Positions 57,147 to 64,000 of a DNA stretch of 64,000 nt are shown piece by piece. The notes beneath the pieces were generated by a model. It did not search any database. It saw only the letters and a list, made by a program, of their open reading frames with translations, and was not told the origin of the DNA. The position numbers were made by a program, and so were the translations under genes. The stretch lies in IMG/VR virus record IMGVR_UViG_3300047476_001329, one strand, 5' to 3'. Position 1 is the stretch's first letter. The number at the start of each line of letters is the position of its first letter. The DNA comes from a virus.

Positions 57147-57331
57147 AAGTATATTCGTAAATGATGCCCACGAAATAGTATCAAAACGAGGTAAAGAGAT
57201 TTTAGCGGAACAACAAAAAGAATACACTTTTATTCCAAACCCAAAGACATCTCGTACACAATCTGATATGGTTGACATAATAATCGATGGAAACGGAAAA
57301 AGACGAAGATTTAAATAATGTGAAAAAATAT

Positions 57332-57462
57332 AGTCAGGTGGCGAAATGGTAGACGCTGAAAGTATCCTAAAGTACACACCATAAACATAAGAACTTGGTG
57401 ATAGATTAAGTCCATTAAGTTGGAAGAGTGTACAACTACAGGTTCGAGTCCTGTTCTGACTA
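57332..57462 (+). ncRNA. tRNA-like element E1 (131 nt; canonical acceptor, D- and T-arms, about 80-nt central insertion)
   Basis: 5' 'agtcagg tg gcgaaatggtagacgc' and 3' 'acagg ttcgagt cctgt tctgact a'. The 7-bp acceptor pairs, with one G-U. T-loop is TTCGAGT. The centre holds a 6-bp hairpin gtacac/gtgtac enclosing about 50 nt. Confidence 0.45.
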
Positions 57463-57480
57463 CAAAAAATAACTATTAAA

Positions 57481-57804
57481 ATGGTATACAGAAAACTAAA
57501 AAGGGTTTGGTCTCACAATGACATGAACTATATCCCAAAGTTCAGAGAAACATTTCCCGAATTAAACAAAGTATCAAGTGAAGAAATGTGTGATAGATGG
57601 GTCGAACTTGGTATTGATTTTTACACTGAACAAAAAACGGAGGTAAAAGGATGGGTTAGATTAACGTTACCTTTTGCGTTGATACTTTTCGTATTAATGT
57701 TTATCGGATTACCATTTACATTTATGATTACCGGTAAATGGGGTTATAGTCTTGGAGAAAAAAATAGAATACTCAATTGGTTTCGTATTTTACGTTTAAA
57801 TTAA
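57481..57804 (+). CDS. membrane protein
   Basis: 107 aa, TM segment 'LTLPFALILFVLMFIGLPFTFMI'. Starts 19 nt after E1. Confidence 0.35.
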   Translation: MVYRKLKRVWSHNDMNYIPKFRETFPELNKVSSEEMCDRWVELGIDFYTEQKTEVKGWVRLTLPFALILFVLMFIGLPFTFMITGKWGYSLGEKNRILNWFRILRLN

Positions 57805-57816
57805 AATTAAAATAAG

Positions 57817-57939
57817 ATGATAGAAATAATTTTTTTTGTGTTACTACCGATAGGTTTATTAGGACTTTTAGTGGTAACCATATGGGACTTCATCGACGAA
57901 ATACGTTCAATCAACAAAAATGAAAAGATAAAAAAATAG
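57817..57939 (+). CDS. tiny membrane peptide (40 aa)
   Basis: Unlisted ORF 'MIEIIFFVLLPIGLLGLLVVTIWDFIDEIR...'. Confidence 0.2.
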   Translation: MIEIIFFVLLPIGLLGLLVVTIWDFIDEIRSINKNEKIKK

Positions 57940-57942
57940 ATT

Positions 57943-58128
57943 ATGATAAAACACATTAAACGTTTTTTATTTTCATTCACTAAAGAAGGAATTGAACAAC
58001 AGAGAGTTCAAATGCGACAACAACGATGTAAGCACGAGAAATGGTCTCATGACACCCAAATCAGAACGATAGAATGTAAATCCTGTGGTTTAAGAGCGTG
58101 GGTTGAGGATTACACCAATCTCTATTAA
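57943..58128 (+). CDS. small zinc-ribbon protein
   Basis: 'CKHEKW...CKSCG'. Confidence 0.25.
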   Translation: MIKHIKRFLFSFTKEGIEQQRVQMRQQRCKHEKWSHDTQIRTIECKSCGLRAWVEDYTNLY

Positions 58129-58262
58129 ATGGAAAATCATTCGGTTTGGTTTAAAAGGTGGTTCAATCCAATACTTAGAAAAACATTCAAAGTGGAGATA
58201 TGTTCCATCATAATGGGTAATGAAGTAATTGGTTACGGAATTAGAAAATTAAAATAAAATAT

Positions 58263-58333
58263 AGTCAGGTGGCGTACTGGGAGACGCTCCGTGTATAGAC
58301 GGGAGAGGGTAGGTTCGATTCCTACCCTGACTA
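58263..58333 (+). tRNA. tRNA-like gene E2 (71 nt; anticodon arm non-canonical, isotype unresolved)
   Basis: Acceptor agtcagg/cctgact. D-arm gcgt-actgggag-acgc. T-arm gtagg-ttcgatt-cctac. The anticodon region 'tccgtgtatagacggg' folds either as a 5-bp stem with a 6-nt loop or a 4-bp stem with an 8-nt loop, not the usual 7-nt loop. Confidence 0.5.
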
Positions 58334-58444
58334 CAAAAATTGTGAGTGAAATATATAGAACTCTCCTTATGTGATGTAAAGCTTTCCTTTCACATATAGT
58401 AATGGAAGTGCGGACACCTTAGCCTAAGTTATCAATCAAGGAAT

Positions 58445-58532
58445 AGTCAGGTGGCGGAATTGGTAGACGCCCTGTTTCTAGACGATGGCCGAAAGCAAGA
58501 TTTCGGTACAGGTTCGAATCCTGTCCTGACTA
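58445..58532 (+). tRNA. class II tRNA with long variable arm, probable tRNA-Leu(UAG)
   Basis: Acceptor agtcagg/cctgact. D-loop 'gaattggtaga'. Anticodon arm ctgtt-tcTAGac-gatgg (G-U rich stem). Variable arm hairpin ccgaaa-gcaaga-tttcgg. T-arm acagg-ttcgaat-cctgt. No encoded CCA. Confidence 0.6.
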
Positions 58533-58546
58533 CAAAAAATAAAATT

Positions 58547-58729
58547 ATGATAGATTTAGATAAAGCAAAATTCATCGGAGAAGGTGAATGGGTTAAAGAT
58601 TCAGCATATCAGGTATATGAATTGGATGGTAAATATTATTCCGTTATAGTAATTGGACATACTAATAAAGAAATTATGGATGATTCGATAACTGAAATTG
58701 ATAAAGAAGATATTAGTAAGTATATCTAA
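58547..58729 (+). CDS. hypothetical small protein
   Basis: Start moved to 'MIDLDKAKF' because the track ORF start (58451) lies inside the tRNA. Confidence 0.3.
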   Translation: MIDLDKAKFIGEGEWVKDSAYQVYELDGKYYSVIVIGHTNKEIMDDSITEIDKEDISKYI

Positions 58730-58735
58730 ATAATA

Positions 58736-58829
58736 TAGTCAGGTGGCACGGGGTGTACGGTTAAGTTAATGAATTTACGGTATTATAGTTAACTTAATTT
58801 CCTACAGGGTTCGACTCCCTACTGACTAC
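58736..58829 (+). ncRNA. tRNA-like element E4 (94 nt; acceptor and T-arm conserved, centre replaced by a 9-bp hairpin)
   Basis: 5' 'tagtcag g tg gcacggggtgtacgg' and 3' 'aggg ttcgact ccct a ctgacta c'. Central ttaagttaa / ttaacttaa 9-bp stem with a 19-nt loop. Confidence 0.4.
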
Positions 58830-59063
58830 ACGTTCCGTAACAGACAACGGATAGTATTCCCAATACGATGAGAAACGGAGTGATGTCCGTATGGGAAAGT
58901 TGGTGATAGATACGTAAAATCACCCGGTTGACTGCCGAGACGGTAACATCCCTCAGGAAGGAGAGTCAAAAAGTTTATTCCTAACCTTAACTTGTTGCCT
59001 ACTTTAGGACAAGATTTGGGGACAACCATAACACTTGTAAGTTGGATAAATTAGGGTGTTAAT

Positions 59064-59169
59064 TAGTCAGGTGGCGGAAGCTATCGGTAGAGTGATGATT
59101 GATTGGAAGACATTAAGTTGACACCCACTCAATATGTAGCTTAATGCAGGTTCGAATCCTGTCCTGACT
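59064..59169 (+). ncRNA. tRNA-like element E5 (106 nt; conserved ends, expanded centre)
   Basis: 5' 'agtcagg tg gcggaagctatcggtag'. 3' 'gcagg ttcgaat cctgt cctgact a' is identical to the E3 3' end. Central cattaag / cttaatg 7-bp stem with a 22-nt loop. Confidence 0.4.
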
Positions 59170-59185
59170 ACAAAAAAAATAGATT

Positions 59186-59395
59186 ATGGACAATGGTGAT
59201 GAATCAAGTGCATTCCACAAAGCTGATACGGTTGACGGTCAATGGTTATCATTAGTCAAATCTGAAAGGAAATTGCAAAAACAAAAATTGCTCGAGATAT
59301 TCGGACACGAAAATGCGGGTCCAAGATGGCAGTACATGAATGGACTGATTGACATGTCATTAAAATATATTGAATTAACAAAAGAAGAAGAATAA
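59186..59395 (+). CDS. hypothetical small protein
   Basis: 69-aa ORF starting 17 nt after E5. Confidence 0.3.
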   Translation: MDNGDESSAFHKADTVDGQWLSLVKSERKLQKQKLLEIFGHENAGPRWQYMNGLIDMSLKYIELTKEEE

Positions 59396-59446
59396 AATTA
59401 TTAACTCCATATACTATAAACGTACTTTATAGATTCTAGACACTAT

Positions 59447-59473
59447 AATAGGGTTCGACTCTCTCCTGACTAC
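59447..59473 (+). other. orphan tRNA 3'-half-like fragment (T-arm plus acceptor 3' strand only)
   Basis: 'ataggg ttcgact ctct cctgacta c aaaaa' matches the shared 3' end of E1-E5. No matching 5' acceptor strand (agtcagg) within about 250 nt upstream. Confidence 0.4.
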
Positions 59474-59579
59474 AAAAATAGTATTTATTCTAATTTTAAA
59501 AGGTAGTTATACCTCTCTTTTGTTTAACTATTCTCGTTTACGTTAAAAAACAATTAATTTTAACGAAAAAACAAAAATT

Positions 59580-60419
59580 ATGAAAAATTTACTTTTATTA
59601 CTTTTATTTTTACCCAATTTAATATTGGGTCAGTACAATCCGATGTCAATTTATTATACAATACCTGTGGGGGACACTTGTACTATACATACAGTTCCCG
59701 CGAATTGTTATAATGATTCTATGACAATCGAAGGATATATCCAAGGAGGTCAACGACCAATTTATTACACTTGGAAACTAGTGAATAACAACACAACCAT
59801 ACAGGATTCAACATTATGTACAATTGTTCCTGGTCACGATTATTTAACTGATTGGTTAGACTTCTTAGATGTTAGTTTAAATAACCCTCAACCTAAGTTG
59901 GGTAATGGAAACTATACTTATAGATTAACCGTGATTGATAGTCGTGTTGAATCTGCAACAGATAAACACGATACACTCATCGTCAATTTCAAATATACTT
60001 TCCCTAACCAAATTACGTTACCTACCCCACTTGCCAATTTACCGGATTGCGACACTTGCGTTGGGGAATATTTGTCGATAAATCCGGCAATGGGTACATC
60101 ACCATATAACATTCTTTTAATTGGTGCAGATAATTTAGGTAATCACGTTGAATATTATGGTTATCATTGTCAGTCATTAAATATTACTAATCTAGCCGAA
60201 TTATATGCTGGTTGTTATGACATTTATGTCGAAGATATAATGGGTTGTATGGAATCATTTGATTATTGTTACACCACAACTGGAGTAACTGAATTAGCCA
60301 TTGGCAAACACTTGGTTAAGGTAACGGACCTAATGGGTAAAGAATGTTTACCCGAACCTAATAAATTATTGATTTATCATTATAGTGATGGGTCAACGGA
60401 TAAAATTATTAAAAATTAA
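59580..60419 (+). CDS. secreted Cys-rich protein
   Basis: 'MKNLLLLLLFLPNLILGQ' signal peptide. Multiple Cys pairs. 279 aa. Confidence 0.4.
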   Translation: MKNLLLLLLFLPNLILGQYNPMSIYYTIPVGDTCTIHTVPANCYNDSMTIEGYIQGGQRPIYYTWKLVNNNTTIQDSTLCTIVPGHDYLTDWLDFLDVSLNNPQPKLGNGNYTYRLTVIDSRVESATDKHDTLIVNFKYTFPNQITLPTPLANLPDCDTCVGEYLSINPAMGTSPYNILLIGADNLGNHVEYYGYHCQSLNITNLAELYAGCYDIYVEDIMGCMESFDYCYTTTGVTELAIGKHLVKVTDLMGKECLPEPNKLLIYHYSDGSTDKIIKN

Positions 60420-60463
60420 AATAATTAGATACGTAACCAAAATAGAAAATTTTATCAAAATAT

Positions 60464-60495
60464 TTTGGAATATACAAAAGTATTTTGTTTATTTG
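60464..60495 (+). promoter_or_regulatory. phage promoter-like motif (weaker copy)
   Basis: 'tttggaatatacaaaagtattttgtttatttg'. ATG at 60518. Confidence 0.3.
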
Positions 60496-60517
60496 TGTTA
60501 TAAACTTAAAATCGAAC

Positions 60518-60715
60518 ATGAAAATATTAATTACAGCGGCATTGCACGACACAAAAGAAACGATTGACGACACATTACCCGGTGATTTTGTACCGAGAGT
60601 CGGGGATACCATTTACTTCAAATCAAAAACAAAATATAAAGTTGAACGAGTTGTTATCGATTATGATTTAAATGAAATTACCGTTTGGGTTAAAGACGCC
60701 TTGCCAACAGATTAA
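60518..60715 (+). CDS. hypothetical small protein
   Basis: Start placed at 'MKILITAALHD' inside the track ORF 60485..60715. Confidence 0.3.
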   Translation: MKILITAALHDTKETIDDTLPGDFVPRVGDTIYFKSKTKYKVERVVIDYDLNEITVWVKDALPTD

Positions 60716-60725
60716 AAATATAGAT

Positions 60726-61139
60726 ATGGAACAATATAAAAAAGATGCCCTTGATGAACTAACTGGTATCATTAAAGAAAAATTCGATGAGAGTCAAAGA
60801 AGTCCCGAATCAAAATATGTGGTTGCATACAAAAGAAAATCGGATGATAGTCTAATTGGATATCATCTATCAACTTTCTGTCAAGTTACTGACGATAAGT
60901 TTTTAGCCAAAAGATATGAAGGTGAGAATCCATACAGTCAACTTCAAACAATCCACAATAACATTAAACATGTTTTGTCTATTCAAGAAGGTGACACATC
61001 ATTCTTGGCTGAGGTAAAGTTGGAAATTAAAAACACTTATTTTCCTGGTATAACTATCGATGACATTTATTTGGATGCTGAGTATCTTGACGATGCTCCG
61101 AAACAAACAATTGTGTTCACACATATTGAAGGTAAATAA
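60726..61139 (+). CDS. hypothetical protein
   Basis: Start at 'MEQYKKDALDE'. Confidence 0.3.
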   Translation: MEQYKKDALDELTGIIKEKFDESQRSPESKYVVAYKRKSDDSLIGYHLSTFCQVTDDKFLAKRYEGENPYSQLQTIHNNIKHVLSIQEGDTSFLAEVKLEIKNTYFPGITIDDIYLDAEYLDDAPKQTIVFTHIEGK

Positions 61140-61140
61140 T

Positions 61141-61512
61141 ATGAAAGGGACATTAGGTACAAACGAGGTTGGTGGTTATGTGGTAAATTACCATGACGAG
61201 AATGACCACACACAAAAGAAACTTCCTCTACACCCTGGTGATGTTCATAAGATATCATCCGTTGGTTTTATTTTGGGGGATTATGTTGACATTGAATTTG
61301 AAAAGGTTTTGGTTTATGTTGAACCACCTGACAACATTCACTGTAACCGTGGTGATGATGTTATGCACGCACGATTGGTCGATAAAGAAAAAAAACTTTA
61401 CAGAGATATTGAAGATGCAATTATTATGTGGAGTAACGATGGGACAAAGACCGCAGGCACATTGACAAGAGACATTATTAAAATAATCGATTCAATAAAA
61501 AACGATGGGTAA
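61141..61512 (+). CDS. hypothetical protein
   Basis: Start at 'MKGTLGTNEV'. Confidence 0.3.
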   Translation: MKGTLGTNEVGGYVVNYHDENDHTQKKLPLHPGDVHKISSVGFILGDYVDIEFEKVLVYVEPPDNIHCNRGDDVMHARLVDKEKKLYRDIEDAIIMWSNDGTKTAGTLTRDIIKIIDSIKNDG

Positions 61513-61711
61513 AAAATTAATAATAACAATCGAACTTAGTGATACTGAACAACAGAAGTTTGATGAGTGGAAGACACACATCAAGGCAATCTATGGTGAA
61601 TATGGATTGTTTACTTGGAAAGTTACCCCCAACGGGATTGGGTCTGAGATTGTTGTTTATAGTCATTTAACAAAAACAGAATTAGATTTAACCGATGTAG
61701 AAAACTGGTGA
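61505..61711 (+). CDS. hypothetical protein
   Basis: 68-aa ORF. Confidence 0.25.
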   Translation: MGKKLIITIELSDTEQQKFDEWKTHIKAIYGEYGLFTWKVTPNGIGSEIVVYSHLTKTELDLTDVENW

Positions 61712-61956
61712 CAATGGATAATGAAGAAAGACAAAAACTAATCAACCTAATGTTTGGTATGGTTATGGCGGCAACAAGTGATGAAGTTTTCTGTAAGAAA
61801 CCGAGAGGTGAGAGAATGGCGTGGGTTGCAAACAACCTTAGAGATATGGGTTATGACACGCATCCAATTGGAATGAGTTGGGGGGCATTGGTTGGTCCTG
61901 AGTTTAGAAAAACAAATGAGGTTATAACGGATAATCTCGATAACAAAAAAATATAG
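61708..61956 (+). CDS. hypothetical protein
   Basis: 82-aa ORF. Confidence 0.25.
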   Translation: MTMDNEERQKLINLMFGMVMAATSDEVFCKKPRGERMAWVANNLRDMGYDTHPIGMSWGALVGPEFRKTNEVITDNLDNKKI

Positions 61957-62198
61957 TGATGGATACTGCGGTAAAATTTATGTTAAAGGAACTCCAAGAG
62001 AAATTCCCAAAAGAAATGAAAGACATGTATGAAAATAATCAGTTATTATTTGAAGACATTGTTTTAAAATCTGAAAAAAAGCACGAGCAAGAGATTGAAA
62101 ATGCTTTACAATTTGGGTGGAGTAATATGACACCGGCTTTGAGGGGTTATTATAACAAAACCTTTAAACAAAAGGAGAATGGTGCACAAACTAATTAA
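61956..62198 (+). CDS. hypothetical protein
   Basis: 80-aa ORF. Confidence 0.25.
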   Translation: MMDTAVKFMLKELQEKFPKEMKDMYENNQLLFEDIVLKSEKKHEQEIENALQFGWSNMTPALRGYYNKTFKQKENGAQTN

Positions 62199-62209
62199 AA
62201 CGTAAAATT

Positions 62210-62839
62210 ATGAAAAATATACATTTATTACCAACAGACAAAATAAGTAGAGTTTTCATTACAAATGAAGATAAGTATGGTTTCAGAGAACACTGCGTTC
62301 CTGATACAATCCAAACTTGTAAAAACCATAACATCTACATCACTTCTAATGAAGAAATTAAAGAAGGTGATTGGTTTTTAGATATTATTTCAAACACAAT
62401 ACATCAAGCTAAACAAGCTACAGGTGTTTTCAATACAAGAAAAAAAATCATCTTAACAACAGACCAAGATTTAATCAACGATGGTGTACAAGAGATTGAT
62501 AATGGGTTCTTAGAATGGTTTGTAAACAATCCGAGTTGTGAAGAAGTTGAGGTTGGTACTTACCACGTTAAGGGTGATATTAGTGGAAAATTACATTACA
62601 AAATCATCATCCCACAAGAAGAACAATTGCCAACCCCATGGTTTAATACGGAACAAATAGAGACTTGGATTGGCGAATCAATCACAACGGAAGGTAAAGA
62701 AATCGAGGAGATAAAAGGTGGAAGAGGAAAATTGGTTGTTATGCACCAATGTGGTGAAAATAAGGAAGCACTAATATCACAACTTGAAACCATGATTTAT
62801 GGTTTAAAGGAAGGATTTGAAAATTTTGCCTCACACTAA
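62210..62839 (+). CDS. hypothetical protein
   Basis: 209-aa ORF. Confidence 0.35.
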   Translation: MKNIHLLPTDKISRVFITNEDKYGFREHCVPDTIQTCKNHNIYITSNEEIKEGDWFLDIISNTIHQAKQATGVFNTRKKIILTTDQDLINDGVQEIDNGFLEWFVNNPSCEEVEVGTYHVKGDISGKLHYKIIIPQEEQLPTPWFNTEQIETWIGESITTEGKEIEEIKGGRGKLVVMHQCGENKEALISQLETMIYGLKEGFENFASH

Positions 62840-62851
62840 AAAACAGGAACA

Positions 62852-63070
62852 ATGAGTAAAATAAATTTAGAATTAGTAAATGGTGTAGAAGGTGATTCCA
62901 TTTACCTAAATGACACAAGAATCTGTGGGTCAAAACCTTGGGGTGGTGGAAGAGTTATTAAAAAATGGACTACTTCCGTAAGTGACATTGAGTACGCTCT
63001 TGGTATTAAATTCACAGAGGCACAATTAGAGAAACTAAACAAGAGGGACAATGAAAGCAACACTAATTAA
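62852..63070 (+). CDS. hypothetical protein
   Basis: 72-aa ORF. Confidence 0.25.
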   Translation: MSKINLELVNGVEGDSIYLNDTRICGSKPWGGGRVIKKWTTSVSDIEYALGIKFTEAQLEKLNKRDNESNTN

Positions 63071-63614
63071 AAGAATAGATAACGGTTGGCCGGTGTTTTC
63101 ACTGAGAAGAGAAGATGGAAGAATGATTGCAACATCACGATTCCCATTTGATGAACCAACTAAAATGATTGCCAGGAGTAACGGTATTGAACTTCAAGTC
63201 TTATCATCTCAAAACTGTGATGAGTTGTTTGGGATATTTGATGCAGATAAGATATCAAAACAAGAAGCGGAAAAATTACACGATAAGAGTAAACACGATG
63301 ATTGGGATGTTTATGATAGTTTGGTACATGAAGACGCTGAGACTATTAAAATTGGTTTCAATAGAGCAATGAAGTTAACCGAAACCAAACGATTCAGTTT
63401 AAAAGATATGGTGGATTGTTGGGACGCAGCACTTAAATTCCAAGAAACCCGGGTAACTTTGGTGGAGTTTCTTGAATCTTTACGTCAAATTGAAGTTGAG
63501 GTTGAGACGGAAGACATAACACTACCATTTGGTGCCAACGAATTTGAAATCAAAACAAAACTAAAACTTGACGATAACGGATTTTTAATCCTTAAAAAAT
63601 TAGAACAATGTTAA
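63051..63614 (+). CDS. hypothetical protein
   Basis: 187-aa ORF. Confidence 0.35.
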   Translation: MKATLIKRIDNGWPVFSLRREDGRMIATSRFPFDEPTKMIARSNGIELQVLSSQNCDELFGIFDADKISKQEAEKLHDKSKHDDWDVYDSLVHEDAETIKIGFNRAMKLTETKRFSLKDMVDCWDAALKFQETRVTLVEFLESLRQIEVEVETEDITLPFGANEFEIKTKLKLDDNGFLILKKLEQC

Positions 63615-64000
63615 AAGAATTCATTATACAATGTATGTTCTTCAGAAGTAAGGACAAAATACATAGATTTTTGGGGTTATTTGTGTGGGTTAACCTACTA
63701 CAAATTATTCTCATAACTTGTCGATTACTATCAACTATGTAACAAAAAAGACTATGGACTTAAGAAAAGAATTATTAGAATTCCTTGAAGCCAATAATAA
63801 TTTTGGACTTGAAGAACCCGAAAAAATCGTTGACATTTATATTAAAGTGTATAAAGAAGGATTGGGTGTTAATTATTTTAATCAACAAGAACAACCCAAA
63901 CCAATTGAAGAGGGAAAAACAAAAAGTAATAGTAAACCATTTACGGGAAAAGGTATACAAGCACCACCTCCACCAGTATTTAAACGAACTAAACAACGTG

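Noticed and set aside
57031-57318. Possible programmed frameshift joining ORF 56778..57146 with the +1/-1 frame ORF 57031..57318
   Set aside because: No slippery heptamer was identified at the overlap and the downstream ORF lacks an in-frame ATG, so the evidence is insufficient. It may be a non-ATG-initiated small gene or chance ORF.
58263-58333. Assigning E2 a definite anticodon (for example Tyr from a 'ATA' reading)
   Set aside because: No 5-bp stem with a 7-nt loop can be drawn. The isotype is left unresolved and not guessed.
58451-58546. Track ORF 58451..58729 beginning 'MAELVDALFLDDGRKQDFGTGSNPVLTT'
   Set aside because: Its first 32 codons are the translation of tRNA E3 (58445-58532). 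The real gene most likely starts at the ATG at 58547 (MIDLDKAKF).
1-64000. Eukaryotic giant-virus origin (suggested by AT-richness, ThyA, GSII, NAMPT, tRNA cluster)
   Set aside because: Multiple canonical Rho-independent terminators, Bacteroidota-type TAnnTTTG promoters, lipoprotein signal peptides, peptidoglycan-binding and glucosaminidase lysins, and stop/start-overlapping operons all point to a bacteriophage.
1-64000. CRISPR arrays, integrase, transposase or other mobile-element hallmarks
   Set aside because: No regularly spaced direct repeats and no recombinase, transposase or integrase-like ORF found by eye. The only repeat family is the tRNA-like element set.

Overview
AT-rich (about one third GC), tightly packed window with nearly all genes on the + strand. 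The sequence shows several Rho-independent terminators (GC hairpin followed by a T-run), a peptidoglycan-binding lysin-like protein, a glucosaminidase lysin, and lipoprotein-type signal peptides. A recurring promoter-like motif ending in TAnnTTTG matches the Bacteroidota -7 element with a TTTG -33-like element. I therefore read this as part of a large bacteriophage genome (or prophage), probably infecting a Bacteroidota/Flavobacteriia-like host, and not a eukaryotic giant virus. Recognisable genes: DNA methyltransferase (SPPY and FSGSGTT motifs), a type II-like glutamine synthetase, a hotdog thioesterase, a ThyA-family enzyme carrying three insertions, a 2H phosphoesterase, four HAD-family phosphatases, two calcineurin-like phosphoesterases, an SPFH/band-7 protein, a DnaQ-like exonuclease, methylglyoxal synthase, a glucosaminidase lysin, a PLP aminotransferase, a UvrD-like helicase, Nudix, a ParB-like protein, a GT2 glycosyltransferase, a CCA-adding enzyme, a YqeY/GatB-domain protein, an HD-domain protein, and an adjacent NAMPT-like / PRPP-synthetase-like / NADAR trio. 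The trio matches the recently described phage NAD+ reconstitution pathway 1 (NARP1), an anti-defence module. The most unusual structure is at 57.3-59.5 kb. It is a cluster of five tRNA-like elements plus a tRNA 3'-half fragment. All share nearly identical acceptor and T-arm sequences, but most have non-canonical or greatly expanded central (anticodon) regions, and each sits immediately upstream of a small ORF. There are also two families of paralogous proteins of unknown function and a conserved 30-nt phage promoter architecture repeated at least nine times. No CRISPR array, integrase or transposase was seen.
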